Source: Vicugna vicugna | Lineage: Eukaryota | Reading direction: 5' to 3' | NCBI GenBank assembly: GCA_013265495.1 | Contig: MU057847.1 | Location: 201,875-265,874, forward strand | DNA length: 64,000 nucleotides | Shown here: positions 11,291-55,999 of the stretch, one piece after another | How the letters are laid out: every line of letters begins with the position of its first letter | Numbering within the stretch: the stretch's first letter is position 1 | Translations under genes and position numbers: made by a program | The notes under the pieces: generated by a model | What the model saw: the letters and a program-made list of their open reading frames with translations, nothing else | Database searches by the model: none | What the model was told of the DNA's origin: nothing

Positions 11291-13730
11291 CCCTCGACCT
11301 TTCTAAGGACAAACCAGGTTGTCTCCCCCCACCCCTAATCTCATCTAATACCAGCTACTTTTTCTTCTCTACCGAGTCTTCTACTGAGGACCCAGCAAGT
11401 TTTGTGGCTGCACTTTCCCAGATTAAAACATCTGGAGTTCTTAAATCTTCTGATCTGATACTCTTCTAGACGTGCTACTGAACTTCAAATTCGCTCATCT
11501 AATGGCAGCTGGTTCTTATGCAAGTCTCAACTCCTGTCCCAGGGACCAGATGGGTGGAGTTATCTAAGAAGATTTGATTCGCATGTTCCTCCAGATAAGC
11601 TCGGAAGAAAGTGATCTAGAATGTGGTCCCGCTGCCCTTGAAGGGACAGTGTATATGCACCACTGTTAACCTAAAAAAGCTAGGTACAGAGGCCATGTTT
11701 TCATTATCAGAAATAGACTATTTTCTTTTTGCAGTGTACTTCTAGGTCAGTGAAGAGCGTCAACCCAAGAGTTTGTCTATCTAGCTCTCATTTTGTGAAT
11801 TTCCGTAATCCTGTTTTGTAAATTGATAGTCATTAATTTTCCCCAATGGGTGGCTATTAGTAGAAGTAACCTAGCTAACATTCTGTTTAAAAAGAGTGAA
11901 ATGAGGTTGTTTCACTTCTGAGCCCCCACATATACATCTCTGGGCTCAATCTGATGACCTCTTTTCTTTAGCCAAATAAACAGAATGTTCTAGGCTTTAG
12001 TCCCACAATTAAGGGATGGGAGAGGTGGGGAGAGGTGTGAGGACACTCTTGGCAAACGAGGGGTTTTGAATGGTGGAAGCCAGTGGAGGATAGACGAATG
12101 GGACTTTTGAAAAATACATCAACATGGCTTCCTGAGTTGCAGGTTTTTGTTTTTGCAGAGCCAAAATCCATGGAAATCATAATCAAAATGCAAATATGTA
12201 TTGGGAAGCCATAACGAAACACTTCAGGAGAGGGAGACAAAGCCCATTTGTGGGAGATGCTGGAAACCATGAGCTGTGCCAAGCACGCAGTGTTCAGAGG
12301 CTGTTGGGAAAAGGGGAGGGGCTGAGACCAAAATACCAAAATAGTATAAATGCAAGCCTCAGAAAACAAGGGTTAAAGAGGAAAAGAGGGAAGCTGTGGG
12401 GAAATATAACTATGGATCAAAGATGAGAGAGCTCAGGTGTGGTGGGGCAAGGACAGACACTACCAGAGGGGAAAAAACAGTGGGGGGAAAGCAGAAAGTG
12501 AATGTCCAATTGGGCTTAGTCTAGACCCCAGAGTCAGAGAATGGCGATTTCCAAGAAGGGCCCAGGTCAGAAGCCAGAGGGCAAATAGAGCATGTCAGAG
12601 GGTCTAAGAGCCCTCAATATATGTGCCTGTGTACATGGCTCTTAGCAGATTCTCAAAGGCAGGACGACTTATATACATCTTCTGTATATACAGAATGGCC
12701 CCAGAGAGACTCAATGTATATTTACATTTGCTTGTTTGCTGGGTCAATTCTAGGCTGTAGCCAGGTGGTCAGCATGCCAGGGAGACCAAGCAAGAGGGAG
12801 GGGTTGAGGGGCAGTCCTCAAACTTGTGAGATGGGGAAAGTTTGGGAGTTTGGGTCAAGTTCAAATTTAGCATGTTATCCTGTATGCTGAACCACCACCA
12901 AATCACTAAAATATTATGGGGCTCTTGTATTAACCTTGGTGGCCTCAAGCAATCATGGCTTAGAACCTCCTATCACAGAGTGTGGACTTCAGTGTATGGA
13001 GAGTTCTTCTATAGAGAGCACATGAATGGGCTTCATTGATTCCAACTGTAAACTGTATATATGCAAAGTGTATTCAAAATAGTATGTATGTATGTTTTTC
13101 TAAAGAGCAGGTACATAATGTTCTGCATTTGTGTGTGATACAATAATGGTGATAACCGATGAGATATAGCAATATAAAGACTGATGAAATAAGGTCAAAC
13201 CATCTGCTCAGATGATCAAAAAGTCAGGAGAAGGTTGTCTTGGCCTGGAAGGACTTTCAAGCTTGTGCGGTCCCTCTGGAAACTACAGTGTTAGTCAGAG
13301 CTGTGAAACTGAGTGTGAAATTGATGATACTTGTGAGAGGCCCTCTGTCACCAGAAGCCTCATGTCAGGTATGGGCCAAACACGGCTGGGGCAGCGAGGA
13401 AAGCCGTTTGATGAAGACCTTACATTCATGACAGACCTCAGTGTTTGAGGTTATCTCACAACGAGGCTATTTTTCATACATTCACAGAGTTGCACTGATA
13501 GGTCTGGACAAAGACAGCATTCATCATACAGCTTAAAGCTGGTGTCGTACGACACTGCATAGAGTGCAATACAAGTTAATTTTTATATAAATCCTGAATT
13601 TCTCTTCTGAATAGTAAAATCATACTGTATTAAACTGCTCTGTAATTAAACGTGTCAGTGTGTTACCACAAATTCTGTAACTTTCTCTGGCATTTCCTCT
13701 TTTTTTTTTCCCCATATCCTCACTATAAGA

Positions 13731-13900
13731 TTTTTTTTAAGTTGGGGTCAAAGCACATAACATAGAATATATCATTTTAATCAAGTTTAAGTAAAGTTCA
13801 GTTGTGTTAACTCTATTCATATTGTTGTGCAAAAGATCCTTAGAAATTTTTCACTTTGCAAAACAAATTCTATCCTCATTAAACAGCTGCCCTCTTATCT
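13731..13900 (-). mobile_element. Short L1 3'-end fragment (L1MA/MB-like) between ~90-bp direct repeats
   Basis: T-run followed by CACATAACATAGAATATATCATTTTAATCAAGTTTAAG...ATTCATATTGTTGTGCAA...CTCATTAAACA. Confidence 0.75.
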
Positions 13901-14234
13901 TACAAATAACAAAATAAAATTGCATTAAACTGCTCTATATTAAATGTATGAATGTGTTACTACAAATTTGTAACTTTATCTTTGGCATTTCCTCATATTT
14001 TTCTTTGTTTTAATACATTGGAAGGATCGTAAAATGGAAGTGGTCTGGGACTTTCTCAGTTTCTGCGATTTTCTCACTTAACGGTCAAGTTCAGCCATAC
14101 ATCTAAGCCCCTAGGTGTGCTATCCCACAATGGACAGGGAGAGAGAACAGGCTGGTCAGAGAGAGGAGGGGCCGAGCCGGGGCCAAGCCAGGGGAAGAGG
14201 CATGAGGACAGCTTTGATGGGAGAAAGCTCCCTG

Positions 14235-14480
14235 CCATGGTAAGAAAGAAACACTCTGGAAGCAGACGGCCTGAATTCATACCTCACTCACTGCTTGATT
14301 GCGCTGTGCTTTAGAGCAGGTTCCTTAACCTCTCTGAGCCTCAGTCGCCTCTTCTATAAAATAGGAATGGTAATGGTATTTGTTTTCTGGGACTGTTGTG
14401 AGTGTTGTGAGTGCCTGGTACATAGCAAGCGCTCAACATACATTATCTGCTCCTGCTATTATTATTATTATTATTATTAC
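14235..14480 (+). mobile_element. MIR with (TAT)n tail
   Basis: Core CTTAACCTCTCTGAGCCTCAGT...TAAAATAGG and 3' GTGCCTGGTACATAGCAAGCGCTCAA. Confidence 0.8.
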
Positions 14481-14949
14481 TTACCCTTGTGTACTGGGGG
14501 TAAAAGTAAACCTCTCTAGCTGAGAGCTCCTGGGTTGAAGACCTGTCAGTCCATTTTGTCATTACCGTAGTGGGATGAATGATGAGGACTCAGCTGCTTA
14601 ATTCCACTGAAATCCTAGGCTGGGGGGAAGGTTTCAGGCTTGTGGTTTGAAGGAGGTGGGTGTGGAGGGATGACCTTAAACAAAAGCACAGAGGGGATTG
14701 CTGTCTATTATGTCCATTTCAACAGCCACGGAAAAGGTTGGTCTGAAAATGTCTGTCAATCACACCATTATAGCATCCCCAGAAGACCTCTGTTAAAGCT
14801 CAAAGAAATTATCTAAGAGCCCAAACCAGAAATCCGGACTCCTAGCACTTCACATGTCCACATGAGTTAGTTTTCAGGATTGCTTTTTCCTGAAAACAGC
14901 TATTGGCGTTGGGGAAGCTTAGAGACAGAGAAAGGGAAAATGACCCAGA

Positions 14950-15358
14950 GCCAGCGCTATGCTGGTAAAAATGTAGCAGCCAGTTCTCTGAGAGAGGAGC
15001 CTAATTTCTAGTGTGATGTACATCTCCCACTGCGGTTGATTTCAGCTAGCAACCTGCTGTCACCAAACGTGGACTTGGAAAGAGGTGTTCAGTGTGTGGC
15101 ATACTGTTATATACCATTTCCACCTACAGATGCAGGAGCACCAAATAACTTCAAAAGCAAAGATGAGAGTAAAAAATAGTAAAACAATTCAGAAGGGACA
15201 AACTTTGAGTATTTATTACCTTGTTTTTAATGTAATTTATTTAATTGTAAGCTTATATAACTTATTAAAATAATGGCTGTATTTAACAACTGGCTGGTAA
15301 AATGCTGAAATCCTAACAGTTGGCTTTTGTGAGCCAGGAGGATGCAGCGCACCACGGC
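14950..15358. mobile_element. hAT DNA transposon remnant (MER63-like)
   Basis: Ends GCTATGCTGGTAAAAATGTAGCAGCCAG and ...GCGCACCAC; internal GATTTCAGCTAGCAAC and TTTAACAACTGGCT; similar to the element at 31344-31540. Confidence 0.6.
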
Positions 15359-15889
15359 TGGGGCCCTGGTTTATGTGCAGTTGATCAAGATAAGGAGATT
15401 CATCTGGATCCATCATCCCAAAGACTCCAGATCTCATCAGTCACAACCCTCCACTCCAGCCCTGCCAACTCCTTCCTTTCCCTCCCCACCCTGGCCTCCT
15501 CTGAATACCCAAATCACTCCTCCAAACATGTCCATCTTCTCTTTCTCTCGTGCAAACCCTAACGGGCCTCCTAGGCTCAGGACCAGAAGTCAGGCTGTGC
15601 CCAGAGGACTCCCATGGCAGTTGCCCAATAAACCCTGACTTGGCCAGCAAGCTGCGCTTTCATATGCTAGCCCTCCCCCCTCTCCCAGAAGCCTGCTGCA
15701 CAGACCTCCCCAAAGACCAGCTGGTGGTTTCAATCAGGATAAAACAAAAGTGTGAGAAACTGGGCTCTGCTTCCCTGTCAGGAACTGCCATGCCTTGAGC
15801 CCTGGGCTTGGCCAGGCTGAACTACTCACAATATGCCACTCAACTGGCTAGTGCTCTCTTTATGGACCACTAGATTTTTTTCATGTGTT

Positions 15890-16160
15890 TCTTTTGCCTG
15901 GAATGTTCTTCAACCTCTCTCTACTCTTTCATCTGGAAAACTTCTCATCCTTCAGGATTCAGCTTCGTCACCTCCTCAAGGGAGCCTTCCTTGAATACCG
16001 CCCCAAGCAAGATTAGGTGCCTTTCCTCTGAGGAAAGTAACGCTCTGGGTTTTCTTCCTTAGGCCTAGGGCACAGACCGTGTTGTTTTATTCTCTGTAGC
16101 CCAGTGCCTAGCATTTAATGTGTCTTGGAAATATTCGTTCCATTAATAAGTGAATGAGTT
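15890..16160 (+). mobile_element. L2 3'-end remnant
   Basis: GCCTGGAATGTTCTT...TCATCCTTCAGGATTCAGCT...TCACCTCCTC...TAGCCCAGTGCCTAGCA...GTGAATGA. Confidence 0.7.
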
Positions 16161-16314
16161 GGAGGTGTTACTGCCTTGGCAGACCTGGATGAAGAATTAC
16201 CACTGTTACTGAGCCTCTAGTTTGTTGCCAGTTGCTGTAGGTGGAAAGGCCTTTGGTGAACCCCCTCGAATCTGAACTTTGAGCATAAGAAGACCCTCCT
16301 CCCTTTTCCACTTA

Positions 16315-16407
16315 TTTTTTGAACACATGTCAAAGATTTTATTTAACTCATAATTAATGAGGGAACCAGTAAGATGTTACAACCTGTTCCAAAGAGAATT
16401 CAAAGTA
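16315..16407 (-). pseudogene. Candidate very short retrocopy of a polyadenylated RNA 3' end
   Basis: Minus strand has AATAAA (16338-16343), 17 nt, then an A-run (16315-16320); flanked by diverged direct repeats CCTTTTCCACTT / CCTTTTTCTACATT. Confidence 0.45.
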
Positions 16408-16779
16408 CCTTTTTCTACATTAAAAATTCCTCCATCTGTGAATTTATAGCCCTGTATTGCTGCTGGCCCACAAAACCCCTCCCCTTTAGGCATCTGGCCC
16501 CCAGCAGGTAGGACTAGATTGACAGCCTTCTTTTCTTTGTGAAGTGGTTTCATTAATAATGAGGCTTTAAAAACATGCAGGAAAGATGGAAACAGACCAG
16601 GTCCTTGATGGGATCATTGGACCTATGAACCAACCCTGAAATCTCTTGTTTCTGGTCTTCCTATTAAATGAGATAAATGCCTATGGTGGGCAGCCGAATA
16701 TAGGAAACCGAAGGCCTAAGAAGTGAGAAGAGCCATGGGCTCCATGAGAGACAGTCTGACTTGCAGAGTGAGAATAACA

Positions 16780-17250
16780 ACTGTGGGGTCAGACAGCCTA
16801 GATTCCAAGCCCAGCCTCCCTGCCTCCGAGCCATGTGGCTTCAACAAGTTGCTTTATTTTTCTGAGTCGCAGAGTCCTCCTCTGTAAGAGATGAGTGGTA
16901 ACAGCACCCACCTCAGGACTAAACAAGGTACCGTGAGGTAGTGCCCAGTACATAATTCATATTTGGTAAATGGGAGCTGCTCTTGCCACTCTTTCACTGT
17001 CATCCTCACTGCAGCTTCCCCACCAGGTATCCACCAGCTGAGTTGTTCTCCTGGGTCTGTGGCACCGTGTGATGGGCGGCTCATGATAGTGGTTAAGGGT
17101 GTGGGCTCTGGAATCAGATTGCCCGGGTGTTAATCTGTATGACCATAGGCAAGTGATGTAAGCACCCAGGGCTGCGGTTGACTCCCCTATAACATGGGAC
17201 TGGAGATCTACTTCACAGGTTATAGTCAGGATCTAATGAGAAAGTCCACA
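16780..17250 (+). mobile_element. Two MIR remnants
   Basis: GGGTCAGACAGCCTAGATTCCAAGCCCAGC... and TAGTGGTTAAGGGTGTGGGCTCTGGAATCAGA... heads with core matches. Confidence 0.7.
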
Positions 17251-19305
17251 CCCTTCTCTTCCTCCCTTCTTATTCCCACCCCTCCCTGTTGGAACTCATC
17301 CCTGTAGACCACCCAAACTGAAGAGCTTAACTCCATTTGCCGACTTTATGCTCCCCCAACCTGCAGCCCTGGTCCTCTTATGAAAGTGCTCTCTGGGGCT
17401 TAGAGGGGGAGTATATGGTCCCAAGAATGCAGGTGCCTGCCAGGCGTGGCAGTGGGCAGCTTGATGGGCCAAAGAAGCAGTGATCTCCCCAGTTCCCATG
17501 GCTGTGTTGAATATTCCCATCACGCACCTCTAAAATCCAAGAGAAACAAGATTTTTATAGCAAAACTAGACTTAGGTTAAGCAAGTGATTTCAGGACTTA
17601 ATTTCACTGCACTTGTGGTATGCAGAAATTGTGGATATTGACTTACTGGGAGGCAGGTGGTGTTCTGTAGGAGGGCGAGAGGGCAGCAGTTCAGTAAGCA
17701 GAGGACAGAGTTTTCCAGGGCTTTCTAATGACATTGGCTAAGACGTGTATAGGTGGATAGTGAACATGGGTGGCCAGTCAATGTAAGAACCGGTTGAAAT
17801 GGGGACATCAGTTAACAGAAAACTGAAAAGGCTGGGAGAAGTGGGCTTCAGGATCTAGAGGCAGGGCTCCTTGGGGCCTGCACTTTTCTGCCTGGACCAG
17901 GGCAAGCCTCTGCGTTAGGCTGACCATGGACAAGTCTGGCTGGGAATTTCCTGTGTTACCTGGAAGAAGCCAATATGGAGAGTACTGACACCAGCCCCTT
18001 CCCACCCCACCTCAGCCCCTCCTGGAAGTGATGGAATTAAAATCCATGAATGAAAAATTGTGCTGAACACTGGAATTTGACACAACATTGTAAAATGATT
18101 ATAAATCAATAAAAAAATGTTAAAAAAAAACCATAAGGGAGGAAGGGAAAGTTTAAATATCTAGGAGCCTGTGGGTCTAGGCATTTGGCCTTCCCTTCTC
18201 TTGCTCCTACCTTGTTTTGAGACTGGGAATTCCTTCTAGGGAGGCCTCTTTTGCCCTGGGGAACTCAAAGAGTGGAGCCCAGAGGAGAGGAAGCAGAAAG
18301 TGTTGGTTTAGACTTTCTTTGCTCAAGCAAGATCTTTTTTTTAGATGATCCAATCTAGTTCTCCAAAGAGAATTAGGCAGGCACTTTGGGCAGAAGAACT
18401 GCCTTGGAGGGAAGATCGTACCTTCGGCCAGCATGTGCTCTATCTCACGAGAATCAGAGAGTTGCAGGCTAGGCACAGAAGGGTGAGGGCCAACAGAGCC
18501 AAGCATTCCCTCTGGGGCCTGGTTGGGCAGGAGTTCTGATTTTTCTCAGTTACCCCCAGAAAATCCTGTTACAAAGAACAAGGTCAGGCCCAAGGGGAGT
18601 TTTCTGTCATTTTGGGTTTTTTTTTAATTGCTCTACTCCTGTGTCTTCTCTTCTTCGGTGGTAAAACAGAACCTGTATAAAGTCATCGATGGCACAAGAC
18701 CAAAATTCGTGCAGTAAAGGGGATGAGATGCTGCCAAAGCCCTCGGGCTGGAGTCAGTTTGGTCAATATGGCTCATTGTCCCAGTCAGTTTTACCAATTT
18801 TCCTGTCAAAGGGTTCATGCTGTGGGCCTTAGCTTTAGCCTAGTGTTGAGAAACCATTTAATTGAAATAAAAACATGTACTTTGCTTTCATGAACATTTT
18901 ATCATGCCAGAGAAAACACAGTAGGTAGCACGCTCTGCTTTAAGCAAACCCAATATATGGATGGATTGACAAATAAACTAGGAGCAGATTATTAGCAAAA
19001 AGCTTCCACATAATTAGTAGTAACAAGCTTTTCTGGTGCATTTTTAAACAATTAATTTAATCAGGTCACACCTGCCTCACTGTCACATACATAAGAGCTT
19101 GCTTTCTGAGCGCAGGTCTATTTTCTTGCAAGATCTTCCAGTCAAATGCATTACAATCAATAGGAACAAGAACAAAATATATGTTCTGATCACTTTCCCT
19201 TCTATTCAGCTTCAACAAAAAGATACTGAAGTAACTCGAGCAATTCTTGCCCTAAAGTACAGGTACAGTTGTGTTAGATACAAAGTGAGACAATAGGAAA
19301 CACTT

Positions 19306-19311
19306 TTTAAT
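19306..19311 (-). terminator. Candidate polyadenylation signal ATTAAA
   Basis: Sense reads TTGTTC-ATTAAA-AAGTGTTTCCTATTGTCTCACTTTGTATCT. Other ATTAAA hexamers lie at 19584-19589, 19056-19061 and 18857-18862. Confidence 0.45.
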
Positions 19312-20744
19312 GAACAACAAGCTTTCACAGAGACTGTCTATATCACATTGTTATTACAACATAGATGAGCTGAAACTTCTTTTGCACAGATTTGGAGGAA
19401 AGAAGACCCTAAAGAGACATCAAGCATATAGAGGTAGTTGAATAGCAATATGGGAAGGAAAACAAAAGCATTAATTCCCCTTTCAGTTCATTACAGTGCA
19501 AGAGTAAAGTGGCTGCATAAGAAACAACTGGAATTACAAACACAAAGACACATTTGCCACTGTTTAAATGGCTTGCTTGATATTTTAATCCTGGCATTAC
19601 TGAGAACTGCAGAAAATGATGGAACTAGTTTATCTAAGGTAAGCCTATGATGCCACATTGACCTATTTGCTTTCCTTTGATTTTGTTGTTGTTTATCATT
19701 GTTGCTTTGACGATAGATAAATGTCAAGCAACTTTAAAAATGATGCATAAGCTACAGTGTTGCTTTGTAAACTTCTGTTAATCACATTTGCTGCGACAAA
19801 GTTTTAAATGGCTACAGAGTCATGAAGCAAAAGCTTTAAAATGACACCAGGAACAGAAATTACAGGCACTTCTCTCTCAAGGTTAATTTAGCGCATTTGA
19901 AAATACCCATTTGTAAGGGAAAATGTCTTCATTTCACCTCTGGATGTGCATAATCCAGATTATTAAATAGTCGAACAGTGGGAGTGATCATTATAAGAGG
20001 AACCAAATACATACTTTACTTGGCTCCTTTCCTTCTTCCTCACTACACTCAGGAAGGGCCACAAATTGCAGCCCATGCTGCCAGCTGCTTCTTAGAACTA
20101 TCTTTGATCAAATCAAAGTCTCACTCCTCAAGCCCAAGAATGGGCTGAAAAATCTGTCCTTTTCCCTTATTTGGGCTGCCTTCCATTTGCATCTCGATCA
20201 CACACCTCTGCTATGATTCTGCCTTGGGAAACAGAAATGGATGCAAAGTCAACAAGTTGGGAACTCAAGAATTAATTCCCCGAATAACATTCCCATCTTG
20301 GAAATGGAGTTGGTGGTGGGGAACACAGTCCCCATTGGGTTCCTGTTCATCAACAGTATGTGATCTATTGACAATAAGAGACCTCTGGGTGCTGTGAACC
20401 AGCCTTAGAGCTCCATTGCTCCAATGGCCAGTCACAGGGGATGATCTGAGCCCAGTCTGGCTCCACAGGCAGAACTGGAAGTGCCACACAGGCAATGAGT
20501 GACTCGACTAGCCCCAGCATGCTGAGGCAGCATAGGACTAGAAGCAGTCGGCCTTCAGAAAAGGCAAATTGTCAACAGAGTCAGTTCTCCGCCACCCCCC
20601 TCAAGTAAGGGGCAAGCACTCTTTTCTCCAAGTTGTCTACAGAAAATTAGTTTTATCATTATTCATTTTCTACATTTTGCTGGTTATTAGCTAGCAGCAA
20701 TAGTACAGTACAAAGCAGAAAGGCATAATGTCTGCTTGGTACCT

Positions 20745-20807
20745 AATATATATACACACATGTACATATACACACACACATATATATACACATCTATATA
20801 CATCTAT

Positions 20808-20847
<40 letters not shown>

Positions 20848-20848
20848 A
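20745..20848. repeat. Compound (TA)n/(CA)n microsatellite in the putative 3' UTR
   Basis: Directly visible. Confidence 0.95.
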
Positions 20849-21629
20849 AAATAATCTACTAGGAAAAGACTAGGCCAGTCACAATAGGCAGGAATAAACT
20901 AACGAAATAAATGGCACTAATTACCAAGGGGGAAGTCGTGCCCTTCTGGTCTAGATTTAACCTTATGTTTTTTTCTCTGTATACGCTTCATTCCCTAGCT
21001 TTGCAGTAAAATCAATTTACAAGCGGTGAAATGGTCATGCCCAACTGATTACCCCATTCAAATACATACCAAAGAAAGCCAAGGCTTAGCCTTGCAACTT
21101 GCCTCCCACCACTACTGAAACCAAAGCTGGCTGCAAAATAACCCCAATGCGTCTCCAGGCTAACTGAGAGGAAAGTGCAATTCTGCCCTGCTGAGCTCTA
21201 CATTTGCTGGAGTTGGGTCCTCACCTAGCAACATGCAATATTCTGTAATGTGGAATTTTATACATTTTAGAGAGCAGGGAGTGATGAGTTGGTCATGGTA
21301 ACAGAGCTAGAACTTAAGGCTTCTATGTTATCAGAAATTCTACACCTCCAAACAACGCTACTTTTTAGCCCTCTTGAAAGATGAAACATTTCCTGGCACA
21401 GAATTCTCCCTCATCTCTGACTCTCATTTGTTTTCCAGTCTTTTCACTTTCCCAGACAGACTTGACCCCCAAAGGAACTACATGTAAATCATCAAGTTAT
21501 GGTCTGAAAATCAAAGGTGTGGATCCCCCCGGTCAAGTTAAAAGAGGCTGGAAATGGGTATTGTGTGTAAAGGCAGGGTTTTATGCAAATATAGTCCCAA
21601 TGATACTCTGCAGCTATGACTGATCTAAT

Positions 21630-21800
21630 CATGGCTAGCATTTGTTAAATGACTCCTATGTGCTAGGCACTATGTTAAGTGATTTACATATATTATCTCA
21701 TTTAATGTTATAACCCTATATGCAGTATTTATCACCACCATTTCCTAGATGAGAAACTCGGGCTGGGAGAAAGTGATATCACAAAAGTAACATATCTAGC
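21630..21800 (-). mobile_element. MIR remnant
   Basis: TATGTGCTAGGCACTATGTTAAG...TTATCTCATTTAAT...CCATTTCCTAGATGAGAAACT. Confidence 0.75.
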
Positions 21801-23684
21801 AATTGGAGACACTTATGACCCTTTTCTTTGCTGCATTTACATTCGATAGCAGGCAACTAGTTGTACTAGGACTGTGCTGTGACCACGTGGTTGGGCACCA
21901 GGTGGCAGTAACCACGCCTATACTTCCATTCTTTACCAGTCCAGTGGGGCTTCAAGCATCAAATCTGGTAACAGAGTGTTCTGAAAACACAGTGTTCATT
22001 AAGAAAGGGCAGAAAAGATCATTTGGTTTCTGCTTACAGGAATCTCTTTTTTGTCACCTGGATCATCTCATTCTCCCTTCTCTGTTTCTGGCCACAGGTG
22101 GTAATGGAAGAAGTCAGACTGATTGCTTGAGGCATTAACCTCTGGCCGGAACAGAGTGGATGGGCCGCATGTGAGTCACACACTGCAGCTGTCCAGAATC
22201 ACATGGTGGGGGGGGTATAATTTGCTTGAAGGGAGGAACAACACGATTCACTTCTTCCCTGCCCTAATCTTTTCAGTCTGTCATTATAACACTCTTGGAC
22301 TCATGGTATTTTTCAGGTTCTCCTGGCACTAATGACATCAAACTAGCACTAAACCAGCTAGACAAGGGCTCACTCTTACCTCCTGACCACTATTCTTCCC
22401 CTGTACTGAACTCTCTGGCCCATTGCAGCTAGGAGGAAAGATAGTCTTTAGATAAAATCATGGATTGTCTGCTTCCTTTAAAAAGATTCAAAAACCAAAA
22501 AGATAGTTTGAGGATTTTTTTAAGGGTTCTACTTTTGTTCCTGGCTTCTTCACACTTTTCATAATGGACAGTCCTTCATCAAGTGTTTCCACACATGGTA
22601 GCCAGGTCCAGATCCTCAGAACCCTGGGAAAAGGTGGGGTGTGGAGGCTAGCTGGGCATGACTGTGATGCGCCAGACCAAAAACCATTCCCTCTGAAGGG
22701 TTAAATATTCTCCTGCCTAAAAATTCCATTCCTAACTGCACTGGGCAGAAATTAAGATATACTTATAATTAGATTGCAGAAATAAATGCCTATAATAGGT
22801 TGTAATAAAAGACACTCCTCTAATTCATCTCTTGATTCCAGAAAAATAATTCCTTCAGCCTGGCTCTGTATAACATGCAGAAAGTGGATTAGTTTACTTT
22901 ACCCTGGCTTATTCCATAAGCAAAAACAAATCCCTTACGTATTTTATATTGTTCGATTCAAGCTGAAAGCAAAAGGGAATCTGTGAAGATAAATGATCTT
23001 AGCATGATCCTGATAGATACAAAAATGGTTCAAGAACTGGGATCAAATATAGCAAAAAATGGTTAAAGCAATATTGCACATTTCTAGTATTGTTACTTCC
23101 CCCTAGGTACATGGAAAACCACATCAATAAATAATTTTCAGTAATGCACACTTAATAGTTACATACATACATGAAGAGAAAAAGGATACAGTAGTGCAAA
23201 AAATAAATTATTTAAACAGAAAGAAGTATGAACATTATTTTACACAATGCCATGTAAAACCTGAACTGTTTGGAATGAGACCACAAGTCAGGGAAAAAAT
23301 GCACAACATGATTAGTGACTTGGCTTCACATTTCAACCACACAGTCATTCATCTATGAAAGACAGAAAATTAAAGCAAAACCACTTTAAACTTTGAGAAA
23401 ATTTTTATGTCAAAATCAAAAAATTTTTTTTTCTTCTGGGCTCTTAAACAACCTCTGCTGTGCATGTAGTTGTGCAGCATGTCAAGAAGCATCTTAAGAA
23501 AGAAAGTTTCAAACAGGTCACATCCGTTCGGTCTTTCTACTTAATTTCTCTCTGTGATTCATAGCAGGATAATGCCTCTGTTTGATACTTCCTTCTCAGA
23601 TGTTATTGCAATTAGATATATTTACAAGACGACTCCCCCAGGGTGGTGGGGGAGCGTGGGAGCTCCTTTGCAGCAATCCACTCA

Positions 23685-55980
<32,296 letters not shown>

Positions 55981-55999
55981 GCCGGCCGCCCCGCGCCGC

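Larger units (their letters stand above)
19287..23684 (-). other. LONRF3: Probable long 3' UTR of LONRF3
   Basis: U-rich on the sense strand. I found no sense AATAAA after the stop by eye. ATTAAA at 19306-19311 is followed by a GU/U-rich tract. The end position is inferred. Confidence 0.5.
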
